A stretch of 63,508 nt of DNA, the filler included. It is 6 parts of 6 records of this genome, joined end to end, with 100 filler letters (N's around TTAATTAATTAA, not from the genome) between each part and the next. Parts side by side here need not be neighbours in the genome. Positions count along the whole stretch, not along the records: positions 1 to 24,910 come from DRR378314_47; 5 more parts are not named here. One strand, written 5' to 3'. The notes beneath the pieces were generated by a model. That model did not search any database, had not been told where the DNA came from, and worked only from the letters and a program-made list of their open reading frames with translations. The translations under genes were made by a program, and so were the position numbers. This document shows positions 1 to 10,971 of the stretch, piece by piece (position 1 is the stretch's first letter; each line of letters opens with the position of its first letter).

Positions 1-118
1 ACTTGGCCACCTTCGCCCTGCGCCACGACGAGCCCACACGTTTTAACTTGGACGTTCGCTACGACCGCAATGCCAGTCCCGAGCGGGTCAGTTTTATTCA
101 GCGTTTTTATATCGAGCG

Positions 119-847
119 TTAAATTCGCACCGGTAGCGGTCGTGCTAATCGCACCGCTACCGGCGCTCCTGCCTGCCAATCTAGCGTAATACCGTAAGCC
201 AACACCTCAACCCCAGCATCTACTGCTGCGGCTAGCGCCGCCGCATAGATGGGATCGATATGGGCCGCTGGGGCTACATCGTGAATACCTTCATGGGCGA
301 CACAAAACAGCAGCACGGCCCTTTCGCCCTGCTCGGCCAGCGCGGTTAATGCATGCAAATGCTTGGTGCCCCTCACGCTGACCGAATCAGGAAAATAACC
401 ATGTCCATCGGCTTCTTTAAGGGTGACCTGCTTAACTTCAATAAAAACCTCGCCCTTATCAGGATCACTCAGCCGGAAATCGAGCCTTGCGTCACTGATT
501 TTCACTTCCCGCTTGAGCGTTTGATAGCCTGCCAATGGCGCAATATCACCGGCTAAAATAGCCTCCTCCACGATGCGGTTGGCGCGGCCAGTGTGGACAG
601 AAGCCAGCGCCAAGGCGCCATCTGATTGTGGCAACTCAATCCATTCCCAGGTCCAGGCCAGCTTGCGCTTGGGATTATCACTCCGTGACAGCCACACTCG
701 ACAACCGGGCACATTCACCGCCTTCATTGAGCCCGTGTTGGGGCAATGGGCAACGACTTCCTCGCCACTCTCCAGCCTTACATCGGCTAAAAAGCGCTTA
801 TAACGACGCATTAACACCCCAGACACCAACTCAGGATAGGTCGTCAT
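119..847 (-). CDS. sfsA: Sugar fermentation stimulation protein / PD-(D/E)XK nuclease SfsA
   Basis: Motifs RYKRFLADV, HCPNTGSM, EVKQVTL and FPDSVSVRGTKHL; usual position next to an aminotransferase and dksA. Confidence 0.95.
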   Translation of the reverse strand: MTTYPELVSGVLMRRYKRFLADVRLESGEEVVAHCPNTGSMKAVNVPGCRVWLSRSDNPKRKLAWTWEWIELPQSDGALALASVHTGRANRIVEEAILAGDIAPLAGYQTLKREVKISDARLDFRLSDPDKGEVFIEVKQVTLKEADGHGYFPDSVSVRGTKHLHALTALAEQGERAVLLFCVAHEGIHDVAPAAHIDPIYAAALAAAVDAGVEVLAYGITLDWQAGAPVAVRLARPLPVRI

Positions 848-2004
848 AGTCGGCTCACGAAACGGCCAATGCGCTCTACGGCCTCCTGCAACCGTTCAAC
901 GCTGTTAGTAAAGGCAATGCGCACATGGTGTTCGCCGCCCTCCAGCGCAAAATCAATGCCCGGAGTGATTGCCACGTTCTCCTCGACCAGCAACCGCTCA
1001 CAGAATGCCTGGCTATCTCGGCTGTAATGGGAAATATCCAACCACAGATAAAAAGCCCCTTGAGGTGGCAGGTCCGGGGCAAGCCCCAACTGCGCTAACC
1101 CATCCAACAACACTTGGCGTCGCTGCTTAAGCGTCGATCTACGCGCTTCCAAAATATCTCGACACTCTGGAGTGAAGGCGGCCAACGCCGCATGCTGGGA
1201 AGGTGTTGGCGCGGCAAGAAAGACGTTTTGCGCCAGCCTAGTAAGCGGTTCGACGGCATGTTCAGGCGCCACCAACCAGCCCAAGCGCCAGCCCGTCATG
1301 CCGAAATATTTAGAGAAGCTATTAACCACGAAGACCTGGTCGGAAAGCGATGTCGCCGATAGTGGTGCATCGTCATAATTCAAGCCTTGGTAAATCTCAT
1401 CGACAATCACGTCACCGCCTTTCGCAGCTACCGTGTTGGTGACCGCGTTTAGCGCCTCAGCGCCTAACGTATGTCCCGTAGGGTTAGACGGGGAAGCCAG
1501 CATGGCTAAACTCGTTTTAGCTTGCCAGTGCTGTTCAATTAACGGCGCCGTTAACTGCCAACCGCTTTGGCGCCCTACGGGAATGGCATCAATGTCTGCG
1601 CCAGCTAGGGCCATAAAGTGACGATTACACGGATAGTTGGGATCGGCCATCAAAACACGGTCGCCTTCTTCGACCAGTAATTGGCTAGCCAGCAGCAGCG
1701 CTCCAGAGGCCCCTGGCGTTACCAAAATACGTGAGGGGTCAACGGTGGCGTTAAAATGCTCGGCGTAATGTCTTGAAATCGCCTCCCGCAGCGACGCTAG
1801 GCCTGCCGCAGGTGTATAGCGCGTTTTGCCTGTTGCCAACGCTTGCTGGCCTGCTGCTACAATCGGTGCCGGCGTCGCGAAATCAGGTTCGCCGACCTCT
1901 AGGTGAATCACATCGTGGCCTTCGGCCTCTCGAGCCTGGGCCATTTCCAATAGATGCATCACGCGAAAAGGTGCAACGTGATTTACACGTGAATTCCAAG
2001 CCAT
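844..2004 (-). CDS. PLP-dependent class I/II aminotransferase
   Basis: Motifs GEPDF, SPSNPTG, DEIY and SFSKYFGMTGWRLGW (PLP lysine); start taken at the ATG at 2004 (MAWNS), downstream of an AAGGA RBS. Confidence 0.9.
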   Translation of the reverse strand: MAWNSRVNHVAPFRVMHLLEMAQAREAEGHDVIHLEVGEPDFATPAPIVAAGQQALATGKTRYTPAAGLASLREAISRHYAEHFNATVDPSRILVTPGASGALLLASQLLVEEGDRVLMADPNYPCNRHFMALAGADIDAIPVGRQSGWQLTAPLIEQHWQAKTSLAMLASPSNPTGHTLGAEALNAVTNTVAAKGGDVIVDEIYQGLNYDDAPLSATSLSDQVFVVNSFSKYFGMTGWRLGWLVAPEHAVEPLTRLAQNVFLAAPTPSQHAALAAFTPECRDILEARRSTLKQRRQVLLDGLAQLGLAPDLPPQGAFYLWLDISHYSRDSQAFCERLLVEENVAITPGIDFALEGGEHHVRIAFTNSVERLQEAVERIGRFVSRL

Positions 2005-2190
2005 AACGGTTCCTTCACTAAATGGTAGAGAAATCATGACGCAGGTCGTTGAAGAGGCAAGACCATGGTCGAAAATGCGCTATTATGCTTGCATAGCGCG
2101 CATTTTTCAGCTAAACAAGCATCCCTTTGGCGTGAGATCGTGACACACACTCATGGTCGATCAGCAGTCACATACGTAAGGGGCACTCCC

Positions 2191-2628
2191 ATGCCAGTAG
2201 CGGAAAAGAAACCGGAAGCGTCCAAGTCCTTCACCCCGTATGAGCCAGCACCGGGCGAAGAGTATATGAACGAGAAGCAGCTCGCGCACTTCCGCCAGCT
2301 CCTTCTAGACTGGAAACAAGATCTCATGGAAGAGGTGGATCGTACCGTACGCCACCTACAGGAAGACGCTAATAACTACGCTGACCCCGCTGACCGCGCT
2401 ACTCAAGAAGAGGGCTTCAGCCTGGAGCTGCGTACTCGGGATCGCGAACGCAAGTTGCTGAAAAAGATTAACGAAACCATCGAAAAAATCGATGAAGACG
2501 ACTACGGCTTTTGTGAAGCCTGCGGCGTTGAAATCGGCATTCGCCGCCTTGAAGCCCGCCCCACGGCAACGCTGTGCGTGGACTGTAAAACGCTGGCAGA
2601 GCTTAAAGAGAAACAGCTCGGTGGCTAA
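2191..2628 (+). CDS. dksA: RNA polymerase-binding transcription factor DksA
   Basis: DPADRA coiled-coil tip and C4 zinc finger (CEAC...CVDC); start taken at MPVAEKK. Confidence 0.96.
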   Translation: MPVAEKKPEASKSFTPYEPAPGEEYMNEKQLAHFRQLLLDWKQDLMEEVDRTVRHLQEDANNYADPADRATQEEGFSLELRTRDRERKLLKKINETIEKIDEDDYGFCEACGVEIGIRRLEARPTATLCVDCKTLAELKEKQLGG

Positions 2629-2681
2629 CCATCGGCGCGCATACGCTACAAGCTGCTAGTTTGTTACAAGCTAAAGCGTCC

Positions 2682-2710
2682 AACGGGCACCCTTGAGGTG
2701 CCCGTTTTTG
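2682..2710 (+). terminator. Intrinsic terminator after dksA
   Basis: AACGGGCACC-loop-GGTGCCCGTT hairpin followed by a T tract. Confidence 0.8.
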
Positions 2711-2789
2711 TTTGTCATCTTGTATTTATCGCTGTACTTATCATCGTAGTTAATCGCTGGCGCTATTTGAACAATTGATTCGGGCTGTC

Positions 2790-3689
2790 ATGACCCATAC
2801 CACGCACTACCGAGGACGTTTCGCTCCTACACCGTCAGGGCCACTGCATCTTGGCTCGCTAGTCGCCGCCCTAGGCAGCTATTTAGACGCCCGCGCTGCT
2901 GGCGGGCAGTGGCTGGTGCGCATAGAGGATATCGACCCGCCCCGCTGCCCTGAAGGCGCTGCTGATACAATTCTGCGTCAGCTTGACGCCTTTGGGCTTC
3001 ATTGGGATGAAGAAATCCGCTGGCAATGTCACCGTGATGAGGCTTATCAGCAGGCGCTCGATCAACTGGCTGCCCAAGGTTTGGCTTACCCGTGTAGCTG
3101 TTCGAGAAAGCAGTGGCAAGCGTTTTCAATCTATCCCGGCTGGTGCCGCGAGAGCGTTCGTGATGCCACAAAGCCGGTGGCCTGGCGGCTGCGCAGCGAC
3201 CTGGCAAAGCGCCCTATTACTTGGCAGGATCGGCTTTTTGGTTGCCAACAGTTCGACCCTGCCGTTTTGGGCGATGTTGTGCTTAAGCGCAAAGATCAGC
3301 TTTGGGCCTATCAGCTCGCCGTCGTAGTGGATGATGCTGATCAAGGCATTACCGATATTGTGCGCGGTTATGACCTGCTGGATAACACGCCCTGGCAAGG
3401 CCAGTTGCAGCAGGCGCTAGGCTTATCAACCCCCAGCTATCTACATTTACCGCTCGTGGTTACTCAAGAGGGTCAAAAGCTTTCTAAGCAAAATCTGGCC
3501 CCTGCATTAGCCGAAGACGCCGACGGCATTCGCCAACAGCTGTTTCAAGCACTGCAACTACTCGATCAGGCCCCACCTGACACGCTGGTTCAAGAGCCAC
3601 CCGAAACGCAACTAAACTGGGCAATAGCACATTGGTCTGTTGAAAAGCTTGTCGCTACCACCCACCGCCGCTATCAATCAGAGTCTTAA
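2790..3689 (+). CDS. gluQ: Glutamyl-queuosine tRNA(Asp) synthetase
   Basis: [15 protein letters not shown] and KLSKQN motifs, no anticodon-binding domain, located after dksA. Confidence 0.93.
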   Translation: MTHTTHYRGRFAPTPSGPLHLGSLVAALGSYLDARAAGGQWLVRIEDIDPPRCPEGAADTILRQLDAFGLHWDEEIRWQCHRDEAYQQALDQLAAQGLAYPCSCSRKQWQAFSIYPGWCRESVRDATKPVAWRLRSDLAKRPITWQDRLFGCQQFDPAVLGDVVLKRKDQLWAYQLAVVVDDADQGITDIVRGYDLLDNTPWQGQLQQALGLSTPSYLHLPLVVTQEGQKLSKQNLAPALAEDADGIRQQLFQALQLLDQAPPDTLVQEPPETQLNWAIAHWSVEKLVATTHRRYQSES

Positions 3690-3690
3690 T

Positions 3691-3867
3691 ATGTACGTTT
3701 ATCGCATACTGCTGTTCTTGGTGTTTGGCGGCTATTTGCTTTCGCCGTTACTGATGGACGGCTGGGGAGATCCAAGCGTTGCCTGGTATCGCCCATTTGC
3801 TATTTGGGGCGGCCTGATCGCGCTAACGCTATGGCTTGAGCAAAAAAGGAAGTTAGATGAGCGTTGA
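3691..3867 (+). CDS. cbrX: CbrX-like 58-aa membrane peptide overlapping the cbrA start
   Basis: MYVYRILLFLVFGGYLLSP...AWYRPFAIW resembles Pseudomonas CbrX; the stop codon lies past the cbrA ATG (11-nt overlap). Confidence 0.8.
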   Translation: MYVYRILLFLVFGGYLLSPLLMDGWGDPSVAWYRPFAIWGGLIALTLWLEQKRKLDER

Positions 3868-6802
3868 GCTTTTAGGAGTAGTACTGCTGGGCTTAGGCTA
3901 TCTTGCCTTACTGTTTGCCTGCGGCATGGCCGTTGAGCGTGGCTGGGTGCCCGTGCGCATTACGCGCCACCCTATTGTGTACACCCTGGCGCTGGGCGTA
4001 TATGCCAGCGCGTGGGCAATCTATGGCAGTGTGGAGCTTGCGGCGAAAGCAGGCTTTGGCTACCTGGCATATTACCTCGGTGCAGCCGGGGCTTTTCTGC
4101 TGGCCCCCGTACTGCTGGTGCCCATACAACGCATTACTCGTACCTACCAGCTCTCTTCACTCGCGGATCTATTTGCGTTTCGCTACCGATCCCGCTGGGC
4201 AGGCACTCTGGTAACGCTGATCAGCCTGCTAGCCGTGATGCCGCTGCTGGGTATCCAGGTGCAAACCTTAAGCGATGCGGTCTACTTGCTCACCGGCAGC
4301 CGCTATAGCGCGGCGGCCACCCTGCTGTTTTGCGGTGTGATCGCAGGCTGTGCAGTGTTGTTTGGCGCACGCCACAGCCACCGACATCGTCACGATACGC
4401 TACTCAGCGTGATTGCTTTTGAATCGATCATTAAACTACTGGCGATGCTTGGGCTAGGTGCCATTGCACTGTGGTGGGTATTTGATGGGCCTCACGGATT
4501 ACAGCAGTGGTTAGAAGGGCCTGGAGCCGCAGCCCAAGCCGCAACGCCGCAATTTGAGGCTCCCCAATGGCGTACGCTACTACTGCTGTTCTTTGCGGCC
4601 GCTTTCATGATGCCGCACCTGTTTCAGATTACCTTTGCAGAAAGCCTTTCTCGTCACACCCTGCTCCAAGCCAGTTGGACATTACCGCTATTTTTGCTAC
4701 TGATGGCACTGCCAGTACCGTTGATTTGGTGGGCTGCACAATCGATAAACGAGACGGTTCCCGTTGCAGCCTACGCCGCCTTCTTGATGTCAGAGCATTG
4801 GTGGGTGGGAGCGCTAGCCTTCATTGGCGGCCTTGCCGCCGCCAGTGGCACCATGATGATGATCGCGCTGGCTCTTTCAGGCATGGTGCTAAACCACGTG
4901 GTGCTAGTGGCTCGCCCCCCGGAGGCGCGTAGCGATTTATACGGCTGGCTGCTCTGGCTACGTCGCGGTTTAGTCGTCGCTGTAATTGCGGGCGGGTGGC
5001 TATTTGCTGAAAGCGTCGGTCGCTACCATTCGCTAACAAACTTGGGGCTCGCTGCATTTGTAGGCATGGCACAGTGCCTGCCTGGCATGCTGGCGTTGTT
5101 ATACTGGCCCGGTGCGAACCGCAAGGGCATGATCGCCGGGCTAATGAGCGGCATCATCATTTGGCTGTGGGGCTTATGGTTGCCGCTTTTGCTTGATCTC
5201 CCCGCGCTCTCGCTGCCCCTCACTCCCTTGATGTCTGCGGATGCGCCCATTTGGTATAACGTTACGCTTGTTTCTTTAGCGGTTAACATTTTACTGCTCC
5301 TCATTGTGTCGTTATTTACCCGCATCTCAGAAGGAGAACGCTCTGCGGCCGAAGCATGCTCCGTAGATGCGGTCATTCGTTCAAAACGCCTACCACTGGA
5401 AGCAGCTACGGCGGGAGATTTCCCTGCTTATCTTGCCCAAGCGTTGGGCGATGAGGCTGCCAGCCGTGAAGTTGACCGCGCACTGGCAGCGCTAAACCTG
5501 ACACCTCAGGAGCGCCGCCCCTATGCACTGCGCCGCCTGCGCGACCGAATCCAGGCGAATCTATCCGGTTTAATGGGGCCTTCAGTTGCGCGAGATATTG
5601 TTGATCGTTACTTGCCCTACCGCCACGACGACGCACCGGTCACTGACGATATTCATTTTGTTGAAAGCCGCCTGGAAGCTTACCGCTCTAGGCTCACTGG
5701 GTTGGCTCGGGAACTGGATGGCTTACGCCGCCATCACCGGCAAACGTTAGCCTATTTGCCCGTGGGTTTGTGCGTGCTAGGCGACGATGATGAGCTGTTA
5801 ATGTGGAATGAGGCGCTTTCATCACTCTCCGGGATTAGCGGCGATAGCGTGATTGGCTCACGCCGAGATAGCCTGCCCCCACCCTGGCCTAATTTGCTCG
5901 GTAGCGTACTCAACGCCAGCCATACGCCGTTGTATAAACAAGCCGTGTCACTACATGGCAAGGATTACTTCCTCACTCTTCACAAAGCAGTGTTAAGCGG
6001 ACACGACAGCCGTGGCGGCAGCGTAATTTTGGTAGAAGACCATACTGAAATGAAGTGGCTAGAAGAGGAACTTGTCCACGCAGCGCGTTTGGCCTCCATA
6101 GGGCAACTTGCGGCAGGCGTGGCACATGAAATAGGCAACCCTATCACGGGCATTTCGTCACTGGCCCAAAACTTGCGCTACGATACCGATGACCCAGCGC
6201 TACTGGAAACGGCTGACCAAATTCAACAGTTAACCCAACGAGTCACCAAGATTGTTAACTCGCTGGTCGGTTTTGCCCACGGTGGCCGTCAAACCCTGCC
6301 ACTGCCGGCATCCCCCGCCTCGCTCTCTACCGTTAGCGAAGACGCGCTGCACTTGATCCATTTAGCGCGCTCGGGGGAGGATGTAAGCTTTACCAATGAC
6401 TGCCCGGATGACATCGTGGTGCGTGGCGATGCTCAGCGATTAACCCAGGTCATGGTCAACTTACTGAGCAATGCCAAAGACGCTTGCGACGCTCAGGGCA
6501 CGGTTCATATTGAAGCAGGCAAACAGGCAAGCCATGCTTGGTGGCGAGTCACCGATGATGGCCACGGCATTGACCCAAGCGTGAAGCATCGCCTTTTCGA
6601 GCCGTTCACCACGACCAAGCCTGCGGGTCAAGGAACGGGGCTTGGGCTCTCGTTGGCCTACCAAATTATCAATGAGCACCAAGGCAAAATAGAGGTTGCG
6701 TCACCACCTCCAGGAAAGCCTCGCGGCACTGCCATCACGCTTTGGCTACCGCTTTACCAACAGGATGATCACCTACCTCATGCCCAGGATACTGATTGTT
6801 GA
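3857..6802 (+). CDS. cbrA: SLC5-transporter-fused sensor histidine kinase CbrA
   Basis: N-terminal multi-TM sodium:solute symporter-like domain, PAS-like region, H-box GVAHEIGNP, and N/G1/F/G2 boxes; synteny gluQ-cbrA-cbrB-pcnB. Confidence 0.92.
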   Translation: MSVELLGVVLLGLGYLALLFACGMAVERGWVPVRITRHPIVYTLALGVYASAWAIYGSVELAAKAGFGYLAYYLGAAGAFLLAPVLLVPIQRITRTYQLSSLADLFAFRYRSRWAGTLVTLISLLAVMPLLGIQVQTLSDAVYLLTGSRYSAAATLLFCGVIAGCAVLFGARHSHRHRHDTLLSVIAFESIIKLLAMLGLGAIALWWVFDGPHGLQQWLEGPGAAAQAATPQFEAPQWRTLLLLFFAAAFMMPHLFQITFAESLSRHTLLQASWTLPLFLLLMALPVPLIWWAAQSINETVPVAAYAAFLMSEHWWVGALAFIGGLAAASGTMMMIALALSGMVLNHVVLVARPPEARSDLYGWLLWLRRGLVVAVIAGGWLFAESVGRYHSLTNLGLAAFVGMAQCLPGMLALLYWPGANRKGMIAGLMSGIIIWLWGLWLPLLLDLPALSLPLTPLMSADAPIWYNVTLVSLAVNILLLLIVSLFTRISEGERSAAEACSVDAVIRSKRLPLEAATAGDFPAYLAQALGDEAASREVDRALAALNLTPQERRPYALRRLRDRIQANLSGLMGPSVARDIVDRYLPYRHDDAPVTDDIHFVESRLEAYRSRLTGLARELDGLRRHHRQTLAYLPVGLCVLGDDDELLMWNEALSSLSGISGDSVIGSRRDSLPPPWPNLLGSVLNASHTPLYKQAVSLHGKDYFLTLHKAVLSGHDSRGGSVILVEDHTEMKWLEEELVHAARLASIGQLAAGVAHEIGNPITGISSLAQNLRYDTDDPALLETADQIQQLTQRVTKIVNSLVGFAHGGRQTLPLPASPASLSTVSEDALHLIHLARSGEDVSFTNDCPDDIVVRGDAQRLTQVMVNLLSNAKDACDAQGTVHIEAGKQASHAWWRVTDDGHGIDPSVKHRLFEPFTTTKPAGQGTGLGLSLAYQIINEHQGKIEVASPPPGKPRGTAITLWLPLYQQDDHLPHAQDTDC

Positions 6803-8165
6803 AGATGAAGCGATTATTCGCAGCGCTTTAAAGCGTTTACTCGAACGTCACAGCTATACCGTCAGCGAAGCGGGCAGCGCAGAAGAAGCACGTGAGCTGG
6901 CGCCTAGCGAGTTTGATCTAGTCATTAGCGACCTGCGACTGCCAGGTGATCCTGGCACCGCCCTCATTGAGGCCGCAGCCCCCGCGCCGGTACTGATAAT
7001 GACCAGCTATGCCAGCATGCGCTCGGCAGTCGACGCGCTTAAGCAAGGGGCTGTGGACTATGTTGCTAAACCATTTGATCACACCGAGCTTTTAGAAACC
7101 GTCGAACGCATTCTGCATAAACAGTCGATGCAGCAAGGCACACCTCCGGATATCACCGATGAAGGAGGTGGGCGTCAAACGATGATCGGCAATTGCACGG
7201 CTATGCAGCAGGTTTACACGCGCATTCGCAAAACAGCCCCGGCAGACGTTACCGTGCTAATTCAAGGAGAATCCGGCACAGGTAAAGAGCTCGTTGCCCG
7301 GGCCATTCATCAGCAAAGCAAACGCGCCAAAGCACCGCTGATTTGTGTGAACTGCGCGGCAATACCTGAGACGCTGATCGAGTCAGAGCTTTTTGGCCAT
7401 GAGAAAGGAGCGTTTACCGGCGCTAGCGCTGCCCGAACCGGGTTAGTGGAAGCCGCCGACGGTGGCACCCTGTTTTTAGATGAAATCGGCGAGTTACCAC
7501 TGGATGCCCAAGCGCGGCTGTTACGCGTACTTCAGGAAGGTGAAATCCGCAAAATTGGCTCCGTCGAAACACGCCATGTGGACGTGCGCCTGATCGCCGC
7601 CACCCACAGAGACTTGCGCGCTCTGTCAAAAAGCGGGGAATTCCGACTAGATCTCTACTATCGCCTCAACGTTATGCAGATTGAATTGCCACCGCTGCGC
7701 GACCGTGAAGAAGACGTATTGAAAATAGCCGATATCCTGTTAGATAAAGCCTGCAAACGTCATGATCGCCAAGGGCTTCGTTTGTCACGGGCTTCCCGAC
7801 AGGACCTACGCGACTACCCTTGGCCTGGTAACGTACGCGAGCTTGAGAATGCACTGGAGAGGGGCGTAATTCTAGCCGAGGGGCATTTGATTCACCCTGA
7901 CGACCTAGGCCTTGGCCCTGTTACCAATCGACCTCACTCTTCTGCAGGTAACAGCTCCGCATTAGCCAATGAATCATCAGCGCCAAGTGGGGATGACGAC
8001 GACCTCTCTCTCGAGGACTATTTTCAGCATTTTGTGCTGGAACATCAGGATCAAATGAGTGAAACCGAGTTAGCCCAAAAACTGGGAATTAGCCGTAAAA
8101 ATTTATGGGAGCGGCGCCAGCGCCTAGGCATCCCACGTAAAAAAACCGCACGCCGCCCCAATTAG
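6780..8165 (+). CDS. cbrB: Sigma54-dependent response regulator CbrB
   Basis: REC domain (ILIVEDE, DLRLP), AAA+ domain with GESGTGKE and GAFTGA, C-terminal HTH; start taken at MPRILIVED. Confidence 0.92.
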   Translation: MPRILIVEDEAIIRSALKRLLERHSYTVSEAGSAEEARELAPSEFDLVISDLRLPGDPGTALIEAAAPAPVLIMTSYASMRSAVDALKQGAVDYVAKPFDHTELLETVERILHKQSMQQGTPPDITDEGGGRQTMIGNCTAMQQVYTRIRKTAPADVTVLIQGESGTGKELVARAIHQQSKRAKAPLICVNCAAIPETLIESELFGHEKGAFTGASAARTGLVEAADGGTLFLDEIGELPLDAQARLLRVLQEGEIRKIGSVETRHVDVRLIAATHRDLRALSKSGEFRLDLYYRLNVMQIELPPLRDREEDVLKIADILLDKACKRHDRQGLRLSRASRQDLRDYPWPGNVRELENALERGVILAEGHLIHPDDLGLGPVTNRPHSSAGNSSALANESSAPSGDDDDLSLEDYFQHFVLEHQDQMSETELAQKLGISRKNLWERRQRLGIPRKKTARRPN

Positions 8166-8221
8166 GTGGCGGCAATACCTATGATTAGCCATTCACCACC
8201 TCACCTTCTACGACTAACGTC

Positions 8222-8234
8222 CAATAGATTGATT
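8222..8234 (-). promoter_or_regulatory. IHF consensus site
   Basis: AATCAATCTATTG on the minus strand matches WATCAANNNNTTR, near a sigma54 promoter. Confidence 0.5.
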
Positions 8235-8270
8235 TGCATAAGAAATATCCAAAACCTTCCCATCAGCCAC

Positions 8271-8321
8271 TGTTACCTTCCCACACAACACGCCCCAAAA
8301 ATCCCTTAAAAACGGGTAACA
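8271..8321. promoter_or_regulatory. Putative CbrB enhancer half-sites TGTTAC (8271-8276) and GTAACA (8316-8321)
   Basis: Same hexamers as the CbrB sites upstream of Pseudomonas crcZ, about 100-150 nt upstream of the predicted TSS. Confidence 0.65.
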
Positions 8322-8395
8322 CTATGCGTTGCGATTAGTTCCCTGGCATAGCCAATAATTTCCAAGCCCATGAAAATAAAAGAATAAAAAATGGG

Positions 8396-8411
8396 TGGCA
8401 CAGCAAGTGCA
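8396..8411 (+). promoter_or_regulatory. Sigma54 (-24/-12) promoter
   Basis: TGGCAC-AGCAA-GTGCA with GG-N10-GC spacing; predicted TSS near 8422. Confidence 0.85.
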
Positions 8412-8421
8412 ATATTACTGG

Positions 8422-8885
8422 GCAAGAAGAACAAAATGGGCAGCGCGGACGTCGCTAACAAAAACAACATGACACCGCCCCAACCTGAGCCAAAACAAAA
8501 ACAACAGGGCCAGGCAGAGATCATAGTACTAACAAGAACAACAGGCTTGAGTCTCACGACTTGCTAGCGCTAAGCAGAATAGGCGCAGCGAACAATAACA
8601 ACAGTCAGCAAGTGCCCAAAAAAGGACGCGACGTACACAAAGAATCTGCTCCCAAACAAAAACAACAGCAGCATGTGTGTACACCCCGGAACCAATAACA
8701 ACACGCCGGGAGAAAAAGTTCGCGGTTGGATTATTGTTTTGAATACGAGGCGGTCGGAATCAGACTGGTTCTCACGCCTACCGACTGCGGTGCGTATTCA
8801 GAGCGATGTGCCATCATGAAGAAAAACAACAGCATGGACGCTGATTGTCTGCTTTATAGGGGAGGCTCTTGTAGCCTCCCCTTTC
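8422..8885 (+). ncRNA. crcZ: CrcZ-like Hfq/Crc-sequestering sRNA (about 460 nt)
   Basis: Lies between cbrB and pcnB, has a sigma54 promoter, eight AANAANAA motifs and a terminal hairpin. Confidence 0.82.
8859..8885 (+). terminator. Intrinsic terminator of the CrcZ-like RNA
   Basis: GGGGAGGCT-CTTGT-AGCCTCCCC followed by a short T tract. Confidence 0.75.
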
Positions 8886-9056
8886 CGCGTTTAAAGCAGT
8901 CGTCTTTTACAAACCCTGCTCCAGTGCTTTGCAAGCCTCAAGGGGTCGGCTACACTCAGCAACTTACCGCTAACCTTGCGGTCATTTTTTCGCTACGTTT
9001 CTCGATACTGTTTTCGATAATACTGTTTTCGATACCCTGCGAGTCGATATCGCCGC

Positions 9057-10442
9057 ATGTTTAAAGGATTTACCCGTTTATTACATAGCCCGGGAGAGCA
9101 CTTGAAATCCCTGCTCGATTCCCCAGAGAGCGCCGCCGATGCGCTCAGTCCCCGTATTATTCCGCGCTCCGAGCACCCTGTTTCTCGTCAGCAAATCAGC
9201 GAGGCCGCGTTAAAGGTACTCTATCGCCTTAATGGCGCTGGATTTGATGCCTTCCTGGTTGGCGGCTGCATTCGTGATGCATTGCTGGGCAAAATGCCGA
9301 AAGATTTCGACGTTGCCACGAATGCAACGCCGGAACAGGTGCGCGATCTGTTTCGCAACTCGCGGCTGATTGGTCGGCGTTTTCGCATTGTGCATGTACG
9401 CTTTGGTCGCGAAGTCATTGAAGTTACCACTTTCCGCGGCAAGCCTCAGGACGAGCACGGCGATCATATCGCCCAGCAGTCTGACGATGGCCTGCTATTG
9501 CGAGACAATGTGTGGGGCAACATCGAAGAAGACGCTCTACGCCGCGACTTCACCGTGAATGCGCTTTACTACAATATCGCTGACTTCACGATTCATGACT
9601 TTGCCAACGGCGCGCGTGATATTGAGTCACGTACGCTGCGACTGATTGGCGACCCCGTTACCCGCTATCGGGAAGACCCTGTACGTATGCTGCGTGCGGT
9701 GCGCTTTGCGGCCAAGCTCGATTTCACCATCGAGCCAGCCACTGAAGAGCCGATGTACGATCTGGCGCCGCTGTTACTGCAAATTCCTCCCGCCCGTTTG
9801 TTTGATGAAGTACTCAAGCTATTCATGTCGGGGCACGGCTTAATTACTTTCCGCTTACTGAGCCATTACAACTTGTTTGGCATGCTGTTCCCCGAAGCGG
9901 AAGAAGCCATGGCGGATGCTGCTTGGGCCGAAGATCTGATTGAACAAGCGCTCACTAACACCGATAAGCGCATTGCGGAAGGACGGCCAGTGACGCCAGC
10001 CTTCCTGCTAGCCGCCTTTTTGTGGGCACCAGTGGCACACCGTCAAGCCGAGCTTGAGCGCGAAGGCATGCCCGCAATTCCAGCGCTGCAAACTGCTGCC
10101 CAGCAGGTAGTCACTCGTCAGTTACAGCATATTTCGATTCCCAAACGCTTTGGCATGCCCATGCGCGATATTTGGGAACTACAGGCACGCCTTCCTCTGC
10201 GCCGTGGCAAACGGGCATTTCAAACCCGCGAACACCCACGCTTCCGAGCCGCCTACGATTTGCTGCTGTTGCGTGAACAAGCAGGTGAAATACCGCGTGG
10301 CTTAGGCGATTGGTGGAATGCCTTCCAGCAAGGTGATGAGCACGAGCAACTTCGGCTGCTGCAAAAAGTGGGAAGTGATCCGGCAAGCCAGGGGGACCGT
10401 CGACGTAAAAAACGACGCAAACCACGTAAAACAGAGCAGTAA
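9057..10442 (+). CDS. pcnB: Poly(A) polymerase I
   Basis: Motifs VGGCIRD, DFDVAT, LIGRRF, RRDFTVN, EDPVRMLRA and HPRFRAAYD. Confidence 0.96.
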   Translation: MFKGFTRLLHSPGEHLKSLLDSPESAADALSPRIIPRSEHPVSRQQISEAALKVLYRLNGAGFDAFLVGGCIRDALLGKMPKDFDVATNATPEQVRDLFRNSRLIGRRFRIVHVRFGREVIEVTTFRGKPQDEHGDHIAQQSDDGLLLRDNVWGNIEEDALRRDFTVNALYYNIADFTIHDFANGARDIESRTLRLIGDPVTRYREDPVRMLRAVRFAAKLDFTIEPATEEPMYDLAPLLLQIPPARLFDEVLKLFMSGHGLITFRLLSHYNLFGMLFPEAEEAMADAAWAEDLIEQALTNTDKRIAEGRPVTPAFLLAAFLWAPVAHRQAELEREGMPAIPALQTAAQQVVTRQLQHISIPKRFGMPMRDIWELQARLPLRRGKRAFQTREHPRFRAAYDLLLLREQAGEIPRGLGDWWNAFQQGDEHEQLRLLQKVGSDPASQGDRRRKKRRKPRKTEQ

Positions 10443-10449
10443 GAACACA

Positions 10450-10971
10450 ATGTCACTTGCTTATATTGGTCTAGGTAGCAATCTGGATGACCCCGTCAGC
10501 CAGATTCGCCAAGCCTTACGAGAACTGGACAAACTGCCTCTTTGCCAGTTGGTGGCCCAGTCGTCCCTATACGCTACACGGCCAATAGGGCCACAAGACC
10601 AGCCTGACTTCATTAACGCCGTGGCCGCCCTTGAAACTACGCTTTCTCCGCTGGCACTACTGGACCAGCTTCAAGGGCTAGAACAACGCCACCGCCGTCG
10701 GCGATTACGTCACTGGGGGCCGCGCACGCTGGATTTAGATCTGCTGCTTTACGATCAAACCACGATCGCGCGCCCCAGGCTTCAGGTTCCTCATCCCCAT
10801 ATGCATGAACGCGCCTTTGTATTAGCGCCTCTTGAAGAACTGGTGTCTGCTACTCAATTAGAGCCAATAGTGCTTTATCAACAGCCGCTTGCTGAGTGGC
10901 TGAAGCAGCTTGAGCAAAGCGGGATACAACGGTTAGACAATCCAAATGCTACCGTGACTGCTACCGTCTGA
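10450..10971 (+). CDS. folK: 2-amino-4-hydroxy-6-hydroxymethyldihydropteridine diphosphokinase
   Basis: Motifs AYIGLGSNL, WGPRTLDLDLL and PHP..HERAFVL. Confidence 0.95.
   Translation: MSLAYIGLGSNLDDPVSQIRQALRELDKLPLCQLVAQSSLYATRPIGPQDQPDFINAVAALETTLSPLALLDQLQGLEQRHRRRRLRHWGPRTLDLDLLLYDQTTIARPRLQVPHPHMHERAFVLAPLEELVSATQLEPIVLYQQPLAEWLKQLEQSGIQRLDNPNATVTATV

Noticed and set aside
8424-8830. Recurring AACAAnAACAAC units as a CRISPR array
   Set aside because: Units are only about 12 nt, irregularly spaced and have no cas genes nearby; Hfq-binding motifs of a CrcZ-like RNA explain them better
9002-9035. Short direct repeat TACTGTTTTCGATA upstream of pcnB
   Set aside because: Two to three degenerate copies only, consistent with local slippage; no function can be supported
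8306-9064. ORFs 8306-8557 (-) and 8726-9064 (+)
   Set aside because: They overlap the promoter, sRNA and terminator, show no recognisable motifs and arise from low-complexity sequence
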